64,000 nt of DNA, taken from the NCBI GenBank assembly GCA_013265495.1, contig MU057521.1, forward strand, positions 1,996,335-2,060,334, given 5' to 3'. The notes below the pieces were generated by a model. The model made no database searches, was not told the origin of the DNA, and was given only the letters and a program-made list of their open reading frames with translations. The position numbers were made by a program, and so were the translations under genes. Below are positions 25,443 through 39,860 of this stretch, piece after piece; within the stretch, counting starts at the first letter, position 1; every line of letters begins with the position of its first letter. Source of the stretch: Vicugna vicugna (lineage: Eukaryota).

Positions 25443-28400
25443 ACCAAAAATGTGGTCAGGATGCCCCAGGCCATTTAACCATAAGAGGCAGTCTGGGCCC
25501 GCAGGGGCACCCTCTGGGCGTGGGGCTCAATGAAACCCTAGACAGGAATGAGGCCAGGGCTGAGCTGATGGGCTGGTGCTGCCGGGAAGGGGAGGATCCC
25601 CACCATCAGCCACAGTGTCCTCCCCATGAGAAAGCCAAGAAGCCCCCAAACCGGGGCGGAGGTGGAGGGGAGGGTCACAACTAGTCCTGCAGGGCTCTTA
25701 AGCAAAGACCCAAATGTTGTGCCCATCAGCCTACCCTATTTGGGGCCCCAGGTGTAGACATTTCCAGGATCTGAGCTGCACCAAAGGCATTCAGACTCTT
25801 CACAAGGCTCATTCACAACAAGGTGGTCTTTGCTGGGATGGGCCCTGGGCCCCACAGGCCGGGACCAGATTCAGTCTCTGCAGTACTTCTGTGGTAGGGC
25901 TCCTAGCGCTGGACCGGGAACGTTAAATGAGTTCATTATTTTGAAATTTTAAACCCTGAAAAGGTAGCTGCAAACCCATGATTCAAAAGCATAAAATTTC
26001 AGAGCATCTTATTTTTAAACGGCCTGGGGGCATCCTGGTCACATTTTTCCTTGCAGTGTATTCCAGGCTGAGGAGGAGAGAAATACGGATTTTCACTCAA
26101 AACTATCCCCGCCTTCCCCACTGGCGCAAGTTAGGCTTCTGCCGCTCTGGCTTGAGACTATGAGAATCCTAGAAGGGTACCGGGCTGGCTCCTATGAGGC
26201 TCCACTCCAGTGAGTGGAGATGCCAGGGAAAAAGAAAAAAGTTTTGCTGGCTGCAGAGCATCCCCAAGGAGCAGAGGTCTCCCCCTCTGGCTCCCCAGCT
26301 CGCTCCTTCTCTCAGGGCCCGCCACTGCAGCTCACCTGCAGCTACACCACCCCAGGGACTGGGGGGGGGGCGGGGGGCGTACATGCAGCTGCTGGAGGGA
26401 AGAAGGCGGGAACAAGGATTCTTTTTAAATGGAAAAATAAAGATCACTGGGGGAAATTCTGTGTGTACTCAGCTCCCCTGGCAAGGTTGTCTGCTGCCGG
26501 AGACCCTGCAGATGGGCTGGGTGGGAGAAGAAATGTCGGTGGGGGCGCTGTCCTTGCTGCCTTCTCTCTCTGGCCAACCTCTGGAACCGAACCCGGGGCT
26601 GGGGAAGAGGCCCTCACGATTCCCCTGACATCTCCCCTAGGAGATGTCACAGCCTTCGCTGGAGCTGTATCTGGTAGGGAGATAGCTGCAGACCGCATCC
26701 TCTTGCGATCTTGGGAAAGGGGAACATATGCAATACAGGATGGGTAATTGCTGGTGAGGCACTGGGTGGGAGAAGTGTTCTAGAGGCTTGTGTGGGCCAC
26801 AGACTGAACATATGGCAGCCATGTGCCACGCTCTTACCCAGGAATGGAATCCTGAGCTTGGGTTTCACAGACAGGCGCATCGCGTCCGGGGAAACAGTGA
26901 TGTGAAGGTGGTACCAGTTTACACGGAGGGCCAGTGTGTGTGTTGGGGGGGGGCGGTGCGTTCTGCATCTCAGCGTGGGCTTGGAAGATGCTGGAAGTTC
27001 ACCCACTCAGCTTACTTAGCAAGCATGTCCCTGTGTTGCCTGCCTTCTGCTGGCAACTTCAGTTTGACAGCAACAAATGAATCGATGGGGGCGGTGGGGG
27101 AGGGGCAGTGGCATCAGCTTCTCGAGGCCATAAAGGGGCCTTTTCCCCCGACTTTCTGGCTGTCAGTGCAAGATGCCCTTACTTCTCTGGGTCTACCTGG
27201 ACTATGTCCTAATCTTGTGCACACAGAAGGCTCACCTGAGGGGCTCTGACCATATGACAGCTATTTCAAAACAGACCCCCTGATGTATTAACAACGTCAG
27301 GAAATGTGTTCATGCACAGCCAGCCCCATCACGGGCCTGGTACTTGTACATAAAAATGGGAGCACGATGGGGAAAAAAAATACCTCACTTTCCTTTCACT
27401 ATTCTCTAAGTTGCCTTGATTATTTAGGAATTAATTTCATTTCATCAACTATGAATTGAGAAGTCTTTACACAGCTCAAGATGGGGGGAGAGAGACATAG
27501 ATACATAATTATGATACAACACCTTATATAGACAGAAGGAGACTGTAGATAAAGGAGAGCTTAGTGAGGATTGAGGGGAGACAGGATTCAACACCGTGGA
27601 GCTGAAGGCAGCTGGAGCGTGAGATCAGGGTGGGGAGTTGGGAGGATGGCAGGAAGCAGGAGGGAGGGGAGCTGGTAGGCAATCTGGTACCAGCCCTGGA
27701 GGTCAGCCCAGGGGGTCCCTGTATACCAAGCTAAAGAGTCAGGATTTGGGGCAATTTGGGGGTGAGGGGCAGAACGTAAAAGGAGACGTGGGAGACGGCA
27801 CAGAATCACGGGAAGAGGGTCCACATTTCCTTAGTATCCAAACTCCACCAAGCAGGGCCCCAGCTGGCTACCTCACGATACCTTCGTGATAACCCCATGG
27901 AGCACGATGCTCCCACTGTGGATCTGGGCCTCCTCACGCCCTTCTCAGTGTGAAGGCCCATTCAAAAGGCGGCCCTGGCAGCTTGGAGGGACTTATGGAA
28001 CACAGGTCTCTAAGGCAGGGCTCCCCAGGGCACCGGGGAGGACTGGCACCTCGCACGACACTCATCTGGAATGCCCTCTGCAGACACCTCTCCCCTCAAC
28101 CTTCTTCTGCTCCTTGTGGTAGCTGCTCTCACCTGTCCCTCTCTTTCTTCTCCCCAAGAGCTCCAGGGTACCATTTCTTACTCAGAGCAGCTTACCACTT
28201 TTCTGGTCTCTGCATCAGTCACTCAAATTAGGAAGACAAAGGGTCTTCCTCAGGAGCCAGCCTCCGTAGAAAGTATTAGAATTCTTCAAGCTAATCACTT
28301 TATACGCTCGCCCAGTCACATACTAACATGGAAACAGAAGTGCAGAGAAACTAAGGATTTCTCAAGGTCTAGAACACAGATGTGTTTTAGGAAGATATGA

Positions 28401-28469
28401 CATTGATGAAGAGGAGGGATGGGCTGGAAACAGGTGCTCAAAGAGAGGAAGACCAATTTACAGGACATT

Positions 28470-28690
28470 TTATAAAAGGGATGGAGACTAGTGGTTGCCA
28501 GGGGCTAAGGGTTGGGGAGGGTTTGACCGCAATGGGCAAACTGGAGAGGATTTTTTTTAGGGATGAGGGAACTGGTCTGTATCCTGATCACGGTGGTGGC
28601 GATGTCTTGATCCACCTGTCAAAAACTCATCAAATTATCCATAAAAGTGAATTTTACTGTATGTCAATTTAAGACTAAACTTAAAAGGGA
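28470..28690 (+). mobile_element. L1MC-type 3' end fragment
   Basis: AGTGGTTGCCAGGGG...TCTGTATCCTGAT..GGTGGTGG...GTCAAAAACTCAT...AAAAGTGAATTTTACTGTATG. Confidence 0.7.
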
Positions 28691-29864
28691 GGCCAGCTAA
28701 GAGATCACAGAATAATCAAGAAGTAATGAGAAGCTGAGTTTTAGCAGCAGCAGGATTTTACAAAAAAAGGAGAAGGAGTGACCTAGGTGAGAGAGATTTC
28801 AGAGGTGAGGTTCAGATGTGTGGGGCATATGTGTGAAGAAGTCACAGAACTATACATGCACAGGTTTTTAGAGCTGGAAAGGATCGTAAGCAGTAATCCA
28901 GGGAAGCTCTACCTGACCGATGAGAAAACAGAGCTGAAAATGATTTAAGGCTTTGGGCTTTGTCTGGGTGGACGGTGATCTCATTCACCAGACAGAACAG
29001 ACACGGAACGGTGAGCTCAAGGAGGAAGTGGGTCCACTTTTGGATATTTTGAATCTGGAACATTGAGGTCACCAAGATTTCTTTTTTTAGTTTTCAGGAA
29101 TTTGAAAACAAAACTGTTAGGTTTTGGCACCGAAAGCAATATCTCTCCACAAATACCATTTCACTGCAGAAAAAGAACTCATGAGTACAAAGCCCTACGC
29201 GAAAACGGCACATTAGATTGTTCTGCTTGTGTGTGTGTGACCGACAGTCATTCAAAATCACAAACAGAAAATTGTCCTGATCCAATAAAGACAGCAGGCA
29301 CATTCTCCATTAATTCATTCGTCATTAACATTACCATATTTTCATGTATTTATAAAACAAAAGTTGTTTCTTCCTTATCCATAATATACATATCAAACTT
29401 TGAAAAACGGTTGCTTTCCATTGTACTGATGCCAGGATATAATTCACTGCTGTTCTACTTTTACTTTTCTTTTATAACATGTAACAAATAACCAAAAGAA
29501 GATGAGCACTGACTTGCTGCTAGTAAACCAACAGCAGCCTAGTGAGCGTTTCAGTGCTGCAGACAGGACTGAAATCTAGGGGACCTGTGTCCCTATTTCA
29601 GAGCAATTTGCAAAATGACTTGATTTAACTGTCAGAAAGGGAAAAGAAGTAAAGTTTTCAATGTCCTCATAGCCACTAAGATATGGAACCAATTTTAAGA
29701 ACCACATCCTCAAAGCTGCAAATGACCAGGAAGGCATAATGTTTGTGGAAGTCAAGTTTAATCACAGAACAATCAGAGAAATATAAAGCTAATCACATTT
29801 ACAACTGCTTCCTGTTTCTTCAAGAGCTGAGGAGGCTGAATGCAAGGATGGTTTGTCTTCGGAA

Positions 29865-31100
29865 GAAGCTAGAATGTAAGTGCCTTCTGGACAGGTATCT
29901 TTGTTTTGCTCACTGATGTATCCACACACTTAGTGCTGGAGCAGGCTCTCAATTTATGATTGACTCAAATTTATGATTCAACAAAACAACGAATGAAGCA
30001 AGGAGAGAAGTAAACAGGTCTCATATAAGAGATGGTAAAGCCACTATACTTCATTCATCCATTCAGCAAACATCACTGAGCACTTACAAGGGAGAGACCA
30101 TTTTTAGGCACAGCTTGTGGCTACAGAAACACAGAAGATGTCAACAGGTTTATAACCTAGGCAAGGAAGAAAGAAATGACAGCCAATATTTGTATATCAA
30201 AGCCCATACCAGAGAGCATGTCACAAAGCTTTGAAGAGAGTTTAAAAAAAAAGCTGGAAGAGGGTAGAGATTCAGAAGTCGGTGTGGTCACATTCAACAG
30301 GGACATCTATCTCCAGGAGGTCTGAGTCTTTAGGGATGGAGAATTTGGGAAAACTTGGATGGAACCAGAGCCCTTTGGGATGTAAAAACAGCAGGAAAAG
30401 AAATGCCCAGAGCAGAGAAGACAGGATGGGCTTAAGGAGTAGCAAATCTTGCTCAGGAGGAGCAAGAACTGCTAAATGCTGAAAATTCACAATTAGAAGG
30501 ATCTTAAGCAGCAGAATCCTTTATCTTGTAGGAAAGGAGGAACGTTTCAGGGCAGAATTCTAATCAAGTCTGTTATAAGGCAGAAGATAAACTGGAGTGA
30601 GGAGAAAGTGCAGGGGTTAAGAGCATCACCTTGGCAAGAGTTAAGAGTGGTGGCAGCAGGATGGGGGAGGAACACAGGAACTTCCTAGTTCTGTCTGTCT
30701 GGAAGGAAGACACGAGTTTGTTTTAAGCCTGGGTGATCAGGAGGATGGAGGTCACGTGAGGAGAAATCGCTGAGCCCAAGAAAGATTTTGGAGGGAGAAG
30801 GATGAGTTTAGTACTGGATTAAATATTTTGATTATATGTAAAACGTGAGCTGCCAACAGGAAATCCAGGGGGAAATGGTATATAAGCAGAATTGGAGTTT
30901 GTGGAAACACACCACTGAGAAGCAGCTGCCTGGGGGTGATATTCAAGCTGTGGGGATGGAAGTCACTGGCAAGACAGTCAAGAATAGAGACACAGACAGA
31001 CAGACAGAGGCAGAGAGGGAGACAGAGATGAGAGAGAGAGAGGGAGGGAGGGAGGGAGGAAGAGAGAGCACACGCTGTGTCAAGGTAAGCAGTATTAAAG
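29865..31100. mobile_element. L2 fragments: + strand 3' end at ~29865-30000, - strand element from ~30050
   Basis: CTAGAATGTAAG...GCTCACTGATGTATCC...CTCAAT; then TCATTCATCCATTCAGCAAACAT..CTGAGCACTTAC. Confidence 0.6.
30985..31070. repeat. GA-rich simple repeat (GACA/GA/GGGA units)
   Basis: Seen directly. Confidence 0.85.
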
Positions 31101-32859
31101 GAACTTCCAAATCATTTACTCAACATTTTCCCTCAGAACATGGTTTTCAAAGCAAAAGGGAATTCCTAAAACTCATTTTTAATTTGAAATAAAAACACCT
31201 CAACACCTCGTTTATAATGAGGGCAATGGCTGCCACCCTTTTGGGCAATGCTCAGGCTGAGCTCCATGGCTGGAATTTCACTCGAGAGAGGGCATGAGGG
31301 AAGGACTGCTCTCCTCTCCAGACTTAACTCACGCTTCCCTCGGCAGCAGGACTTCTATTTGGTAGAAGGCAATGGAAACAAACAACCTACTTCATTTCAC
31401 CTGCAGCCGCACAGACACAAAAACAAGAGAAGAAGCCAGTACTGTGTAGGATGAGTGTTTCTTTCCTCCTCCCACCCTCATCCCGCCCATCTCTCTTTCC
31501 CAGGTCATTATCAACACATTTCAAACGCTTCGAAGATGTTGATAAAGCAGCTCGACATCTGCCAACTCCTCCTCCACAGAACAGCGACGCGTCTCAAGAC
31601 CGAACCTTCCCACCTTTGCATGGAACAAAAGCCTGACATCTACCCCCGGCACCCACAGCTGTTTTCCACGAATACAAAGAACCCAGCCAACCCGACTGGC
31701 TCTTTGAAGGTACACCATCCTTTTCCTGTGGCCTAACTGAGCTGCAGATTGAAAAGTGCAAAAAAAGCAAAAAATGGATAAGGCTTTCACAAGAGTTACT
31801 TAGTAAGATGAAACTAATTTTCTTCCAGCATCAAATTCTTCGGGGTGCATTTGCTTGCTTTCCATTCTTCTTTATTTGCTGAAAGAAGCTCTAAAATTGT
31901 TCTCCAAATGTATTATTATTTTGATTGAGCAGATGGAAGTTATATTTTTTTAAATCTACATTTTTCAAAAAGTCACCATTTTTTTTTAATCAAAGACTCA
32001 CAAGACCACGTTGGTGGGAGCATCACCTAGTTGGACAGCTACTGCCACATCCGGCCTGAAGCTCTTCAACAGATCAGCAGCAGCAGCCCTGGCAACCAAC
32101 ACTCATCAAGTGTCAGTGGATTCACGGTCCCGCGCTGGGCATCGTTCACAGAAAGTGAAACAAACAGAGCTCCCGCCCTCTTGCAGTTTGCAACCTAAAC
32201 CAAGGAATGCCTATCCCAGCCCGCAAAAGTGCAAGCAGGAGCATGTTCGACAGTACAAAGATGAGCAAGTAGCCTCAGAACTACTGAGCAGACTTGGAAC
32301 CCTTCTGGTCACACCATTGAGGCCCCGGGGTACTCGCGGGTACTCTTGTCTTTCTCTCAGTAAAATAGAAAGAAAAAAAAAAAGCTGCTGAGAGGGTTTT
32401 TTAGATGCATTCCTTCCTCATGTAGTGAAGGTGGAAGACAACCTTACCAAAACAGTTTAGACACAGAATCTAGCTTATGTCTCTTCCTCCTATTCTTAGA
32501 CTTCTAAACAAAGAAGTGAATTTGTTTAAGAGAAGAATCCCATGGGAAGGAAGTTCAGTTACAGTCCAAAGAGGCTAGAAGCCACTTTGAAGCAGCACGG
32601 AGCTCACAAGAGTGCAAAGCAGTGGGAAAACACGTCGTGGCTGCATCCTGAGGGTGGAAATGCAGTGTCTGGACAAGACCTAGTTATCCCGTAACAGATA
32701 ATGAAGGGAGTTCTAGTGAATATGTTTGGAGGGTAATTTATACAGAAACCCATAAAATTTGGTTTTCAAAAAAATGCTACTAGGAGTCAGCACAAAACCA
32801 AAAACTCTCTCACTATATATATAGTGTCCAATCCTTAAAAGGTTGGATATACCCCAAGT

Positions 32860-32944
32860 ATATGTCCTAAAGTGATAATTCCTAACACCTCTTTTCACTC
32901 TCACAAGTATCTCAGTTTGGACAATAAATTTTATGGCCATCCTA
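32860..32944 (-). mobile_element. hAT-Blackjack relic (MER94-like)
   Basis: Minus strand TAGGATGGCCATAAAATTTATTGTCCAAACTGAGATACTTGTGAGAGTGAAA. Confidence 0.55.
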
Positions 32945-35697
32945 GATATGAAAGAATGGCAACCTGATCGATTAAGGTAAATGCTGAAACAAAATACACA
33001 GCTTTAGAAAGGCTTTCCTTCTGAATTCTGCAACATACTTAATAAATAATCCAGACCTTCTATATTGTACCTATATATACAATTCTAGGCTGGGAGCTGC
33101 AGTCTGAGAATAAAGAGAGGGGCTCACACACAGGAGAAGGGTTGACGTGTCACACCCAGCAGGTGGTCTGTAAATGGGCAGCAGATAGAATGGACTTTGA
33201 GCGAAGGCAAAGACAGAACCATTTTCACCAGTGTCTTGAATGAATGGTTCTTCAGCCACAAGATATGCCACTGAGGATTGGCTTAACAATTCTCAGTGAT
33301 TCTGTGAGTGAAACAGTTGTGTGTAGGTGGAGAAAGGGACTGTCAGAAAAGGTTTCTGCTGCAGAAGGTTCTACTGAGTGAAGTGCCCTGTCACAACTCA
33401 CCCTGGGAAAGAAAAGCAAGCTCTACCACATGCAGTAGGCAAACAGGCCCACAGACAGAAGACCTCCATGCCCTGGAAATCTCCCTCCTGTTGCAGGTGA
33501 CACGTAACATCGGCGATGGCTCGCAAACCACCAGCTGGTGGCTGCTGGAGCCTCCTTTTGGTTGGAGGTACAGTGTGATGGGGAAGTTGGGAAGAGTCAT
33601 GCTGCGATCCAAGACTCCCATGAACACGTGACGTGCACAGGAGATGACTCCAGCCCCTAGCCCTCTTCCCATCAGGGCCAAGCAGACTCTCAGTGGCTGC
33701 CCGCCTCCCCCCAGCCCTCCGCCCTACGAGACAGTACATGAGCCGCAGGGATGCAAAGGAAGGGAAGACGAGGTTTAATCACAGTAAATGAAAGCTCTCG
33801 GAAACTGCACTGCCCAGAATGAAATGCTCTCTGACCCACTGAACATTTTCAACCAAAACATGCTCAAACTCTCAAACTTCTCTTTTTTGGGGGTTGTGAA
33901 GGGAGGGTGGGGTGCTGCTCAGAATAACAATTTTCAGCATAGGAAAATCCCCACTAGACAGGCTGACACCTGCTTTCTCTAACTCTCCCCCCAACCAAGT
34001 TAAATCATCACAAACAGTTCTTGATGAAACAGCCACAGCAGGTTCAGAGATGAGAGTGACCGGGAAGAAAACGCGCACGTGTGGGGCGGTGCAGGTGCGG
34101 GTGTGGGTTGCGAAGGCGGGATGCTCCCAGCACAGGGAACATGCGGCTCAAAAGGAGCTACAGCAGGTGAGAGAACGGTGTGTCTGGGGGACCCGGATAC
34201 TCGGAGTATTCACGAGTGTGTTTGTACAGGGCCTGGGAGAAGATGAGTACACACAGAAACCACCTGGACCACTCCCTCTCCAGTCCACACACAAACACAA
34301 AGGAAAATGGGATTCAAACTGGAGCAAGGCAACTTGAAAAGTCCCATTTCAAAATTTGAAGTAACATTTCCAAATGGGAATCATGTTCACAGCTCATGCA
34401 CATTTATGGGAACGCCTCCTCACCAGGGTCCTGACCTTCTCCAGGTACCAGTTAGGAAACGGCGCCAAGCTCCACTTTAGATCTTTTCTAAGAACGAGCT
34501 GCCTGCCTGCCAGAGACCGTCACATCTACACTACTTTTTCTTTTTTTAAGTCAAATCTAGCATCTCCTTTCCACGTGACACCACTACACTTACGGCTGGC
34601 AGAGCAAAAAGCCTGTCATTCTTAAAAGATGAAGAGAATAATTCAGCGCCTTTCTTGTGATCACAGAGAATGCAATTAATACTCCGGCTGCCTTGGTATG
34701 TAGACCAAACCTTCTGCCACAGTGTTTCGCGGGACTGTTGTCTAGGGCAGCTCTGCCAATCTTTTCATTCCAACAGAAACGATGCCAGGCTCTCAGTGCT
34801 AAGCAGAGGAGAATGAGGCGGAAGAGGTGGCTGAGACCCTTGGTGGGGGCATGTGCTCCTGGAGCGATTCTCAACAAAATCCAAAGCTATCTCAAGGTCC
34901 AAGGGCTTCTGTCTCCCTGCACCTACTAAAAGCAATTAAAACACAGCCTGAAAGGGAAAAGGCGCTAAATTTGCGTGCTTTTCATCTATGGCCCAGAAGC
35001 TTTTTAATTCATAGGAAGTGCAGGGCAGAGAAAAAAACAGCTGTAGACACAGGACAGCAGTGATTCACTAATGCACACGATCAACGTGGGGGAACAGCTA
35101 CCTGGGCAATAGCTAGACTCTCCAGATAGGAGACGAGAAATAATTATAAATCACAGAAAGTGAGGGAGGAGGAGAACAGAGAGAGCCAAGAAAGACACAG
35201 AAGTACAAATGTTTTTAAATGTGACATTACAATACATACGTGTGTATGGCTACAGCAATAAGGTAATCCTAGACCCGACCCAACCCAAAGCCAATGAACC
35301 ATCCAGACCGATGACCGTATCTACCGTGGACCTCTGTGCCCCCAAGTATATTAGCAAAAGGAAGCACAGCAGTAAGAAGGAGGCCCCTTTGCTTTCACTG
35401 ATGGCTTATTAATACTGTGTCTGATGATGCTCTGGACTTCAAAACTCAGAGAATTTTAGCGAGAGCCTCTAACCCAACTTCCTGTTTGCAGATGAAGAAA
35501 TCAGACTCAGAAAAGTGCGTTACTCACCCAAACAGCAGGTCCCTGGGAGGGCCCGATGCAACCCAAGGCCCCTGGTTCCAAGCGCCCTCAGTACTGCGCT
35601 GAGCTCACCGACCATATCCACCTCTTGGTCTCGGCCTTGACGGCTTCTCTCACCTCCCCTAGAAGTGTACCTCCCCATCCTTTGTCTGTATTGGGTG

Positions 35698-36510
35698 TGT
35701 GACATTGTGACATAATAAGAAATAGCTTTTTGGTCCTGTCTCCAGTTCCTGGCACAGAGCTCCTAAAATCCTTGTCATTTCCCGAGTGATGGCATGAGAG
35801 GAACATCTGTTACAGTATTTGGCCTCAGTCCCCGGCCTCCGACGCAAGAGCTCCTAAGGCCCTTGGAATCTCCAGTGATGACTGTCTTCTAATGAGAGGA
35901 CTGGCAGCTGGGGCCCCCTAGATCACTTCAGGATGGAGGCTGGCCACCAGGAAGGCCAGGGCACGATTAGAGGTTGGAACTCCCAATCTCCCAGAGAGAG
36001 GGGAGGAGCTGGAGATTGAGTTAACCACCCACCGCCAGTGATTTAATCAATCATGTCTCCGCAAAGAAACCTCCATTAAAACCCCTCATCTGTAGGGTTC
36101 TGAGAGCTTTCGGGTTGGTGAGGGTACTGAGGCCCTGGAGGGCATGCCCTGCCCCCCATTCTTTGCCCTAAGCATCTCTTCCCTTTGGGTGTCCCTGAGC
36201 TGTATCCTTTATAACAAACCAGTCACAGTAAGTATACTCCTGAGTCCTGTGAGCCGTCCTAACAAATTATCGAGCATGAGGAAGGCATTGTGGGGACCCA
36301 TGGGTGGTCCGGAACTTCGGCTGGTGCCTAAAGCGGGGGCAGTCTTGTGGGACTGAGCCCTTACCGTGTGGGATCTGACGCTAACTCCAGGTAGCTAGTG
36401 TCCAGATTGAATTAAAGTGTAGGACACCTAGCTGGTGTCCAGAGATCTGGAGAATCGCTTGTTGGTGTGAGGAAAATCCCCACGTTTGCTGTTAGATGTG
36501 TTGGCAGTGA
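35698..36510 (+). mobile_element. Solo LTR, MER21 family
   Basis: Starts TGTGACATTGTGACATAAT; duplicated CAGAGCTCCTAA..CCTTG motif; GATTTAATCAATCATG; GTCTTGTGGGACTGAGCCCTTA...GGATCTGACGCTAACTCCAGGTAG. Confidence 0.8.
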
Positions 36511-37245
36511 AATGACTCACAGGTGACTTCCTGGATCTGATCCCTTTCCTCTCTGTCCTTCCACTTCGGACATGACCAAACTCCATCTCAGACCTTCCTG
36601 ACAGGTGAGACCCACCAACCTTGCTTCACGCTGCCCAGGAACTGGACATGAGATCGCTGATTTCCCGGAGGAGGAAAGATCCCCTTGCCATGACAACACA
36701 CCCTAACCTCCCCTGCCCTTGACCTGATGGCTCCAAAAACTCAACATGAGTCAAACCTTTCCACTGAATATCGGCTACAACTATTGATTAATGTGTCATA
36801 TTAACCAGCTGCAGGACATGCTTGTGACCATTTACACACACAGACACACACATTATTTACTCCTAAATAGCACCTCGTTCTATTATGTTTGGTATAGAAA
36901 GACAGGCATTATGTCCACAGGTGATTTTGAGTTTATTTCTTATAGGCACTGGACTATAAGCTGGAAGTCTGAAATTATACTTGTGATTTAAATTATACTT
37001 GAGAAACACTCACCTATAAAAGTGTGGCCCGGCACCGCCCCCCTTAACTCAGTGAACTGACCATGTGATCAGCCAGAACCTGGATGTGAACACACTTTGT
37101 GAAGAGTTATACAATCTGCCCTGAAACTGTCTACACAGCACCCCATCCATTGAAAAAGGTTTTTCTACCCTCCTCTATAATAATATCGAAATACGAGAAT
37201 AAAAAGCTGTCTACACCGTGTGATAAACAGTTAGCAATCTAGACC

Positions 37246-37519
37246 AGTGTGTCCAGTAAAAATACAACGTGAGCCCCGTATGTCATTTCCAATTTTCTGG
37301 TAGCCACATTGAATGTATTTTATTTCAATCAATATATCCAAAATATTATTTTAACATGCAATTAACAGGAAAATGATTAATGCATAGTTTTGCCTTCATC
37401 TTTTTATACTTTGAAACCTGGTGTGGGTTTTCAACTCCGATCCCATCTCACTTTGGACTCGGCACAGTCTGCATGCCCTGGAGCCTGCAAGGCTCGTGCT
37501 ACCACACGGGACGGTGCAG
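37246..37519 (+). mobile_element. hAT-Charlie non-autonomous DNA transposon (MER33-like)
   Basis: CAGTG.GTCCA.TA.AAATA.AA.GTGAGCC, TTTTCTGGTAGCCACATT, CAATATATCCAAAATATTAT, CATCTCA.TTTGGACT. Confidence 0.75.
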
Positions 37520-39299
37520 GAGCTGGTTTCAGACAGGGTGTTTTGGTTCCACACTTTGATGGCACACACGAGCCTTTGGTCAGTGCCCAGCACCCTGGTT
37601 TGTAGTCAGTAAATGCCCAGCCACTGGGTGGGGCGCATACTTGGTAGGGTGTAGGCCGTGATGTCGGGACATTTTGGGATGAGAGGAGGCATAAAAGGCT
37701 TTAAAAGGCATTAGTCTGTGATGACCTTTTCCCGTTCTCACAACACAGAAGTCTTGGCTCTCATGCTGCCAAAGGATGAAATTCTCGACTGCTCAGGATG
37801 AATTCCCAGGCGCAGTCTCCTCTGATGCTGTGAGCCATTCCTTCCCAAACGGTCTTTAACGGGCCTTGTGGCACACTGGTCCTTGCCTCTGAAGTGGCCG
37901 CCACTAAAAGCCCAGGGAGAGGGCTGAAAACGGATGAGCGCTGGTCTCTGGGTCCCACAGGACTGCGAAATCATTTGCATTCTGTTCAGCAAATTTGCAT
38001 ACAATGGGAGCCAAGAGAGCTCAGCTGGTTTTGCAGGCTGCCCTCTGCCTCCACGGCCACCACTGCTGATCCCCTTTCTACGGGGGTGGGCGAGCAAGAC
38101 ACACCGCCCCTGAGAATCAGCATCAGAACGGAGCCCTTCCCGACACAGACAAGAAAATCCGTCCTCTGGAGTGAACAAGGGAAGGGACTCTGAGACGGAA
38201 TCTGGCCGTTGCCTCCTCTGTTGTGACAAGAGTTTATTTTCTCTGACTCTGACCTATGGCCTGAAAACACAGCTTCAGCGGGGGGGTGTCCTGATCCAGG
38301 ACGGTACACACACCTGAGCGCCGTGGAGCTCGGATTCCAGCCCGTGGGCCACCCGGGAAACCAGACTCACCGCCCTTCATTCCAGAAAACCACAGGCTTC
38401 CACCCCGAAAGCAACGTTTCCCGGAAAGGACCCTTCGCCTGTCAGCCAGGTGTGCTGAGGGCGATCTCCAGGTAAGGAGCGGCTCTGAGTGTCCACCCTC
38501 CTCTTTCTTTGGGACCGAGAGGCCCAGGCTGCCCTAAATGACACCACTGGGCAGGCAAGTGTAGAAGGGAAAAGACGCAGAAAACAACTGGATACTATTT
38601 AACATTTCTGTTCTTTTCTTTCAGTGACCTATCTCTTTCTAGGACGATTTCCCAGAGAAATTCCATTTTCATTACAAAAGTGGTTTCGTATGCCAGGGAA
38701 AAGGCTGTGGTGCTGTTATTTCTGCATTGTTATTTCTGCTAAGGTCATCTCAGATGGTATGTCTACGGGAGATAAATGGTTTCCTAATCAGGCTTATCCG
38801 CATCCTGTCGCTGGTGATGTTCGCCCCAAGTCACCCCTTCTGGGGCCTTGGCAGAAGCGGCTTTTTGGAAACTCCGGGAGAATGGAGAGAGGTGACAGAG
38901 CATCAAACAGTCCGTGGACGCCCGGGTTTAAATCCCAGCTCAGCCACCAAAAGCAACTGTAATGAGTCCCCTCTCCAAGCCTCACCTGCGAGAGCAAGCT
39001 CCCCCGACTGTCAGGAGGAGAAATATATGCGTTAATGTAGACAGAACATTCAGGAAGTGTCTGGCACGGAGGAGGCACCCTGTGACCATCTGCTTTATCA
39101 CGAGCACAGCTGGGCGCCCCTTTAACGCCGCTAGTGCGTAGTGGGTCCATCCAGGTCCGTGCTCTCAGTCAGTCAGCTGATACTTATCTGGGCTTGTACT
39201 AGGGCCTGACTCCTCAGTGGTGGTCAAATCACATCCATATTCCTCAACTCCTATGAGCCTCACTGAGCCTTCCTTTGAAATGTCTTCATGGCTGTCCCA

Positions 39300-39860
39300 T
39301 CTCAGTGGGAAGATGGGGCAGGTGCCCAGGTGCAGCCATCCAGCACCATCCCAAGGGGGACACCTGCCCCATTATCCTGTCCGCCTCCCTGCTGCCTGCC
39401 CCCCAACACACACACACACACACACCACTATCCTGCTAGAAATCTTCATTGGCTCTCTACTGCACGAAAGTCAAATCTGAATTCCTTAGGGAGACAGACA
39501 CTCAGGGCCTTGGTAAGTCAGCCTGGACTGTCCCCTCAGCTTCAGCTCCTTCATCCTCCCATTACCCTTGTATTCTGGCCACGCTGACCTCTGTACTCTC
39601 CCACGCTTGTCAGACCCTTCCAGTACTCTGCTCATATGCACAGGGCAGCCCTCCCCATTCTCCATGAGGCAAGCTCTTACTTACCCTTCAAGACCCAGGC
39701 CAGATGGCCCCTCCTCTCTGAAGCCATCCTTAAACTTCCTAGGAAAAACCCGCTGGATTGTCCTATTCACTTGTGTGTCTGTCTCCCCAGGAGACTGCCT
39801 CCAGCAAAGCCAGAGATGGTGTCCAGATGCCCAGCAGGCACAGAGAATGTGGGATGAACA
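39300..39860 (+). mobile_element. L2 LINE fragment
   Basis: AATCTTCATTGGCTC, CCCTTCAAGACCCAG, CTCCTCTCTGAAGCC motifs. Confidence 0.5.

Noticed and set aside
33156..33168. CTCF-like CCAGCAGGTGGTC
   Set aside because: Mismatch at a key 3' position and explainable as an E-box; insufficient alone.
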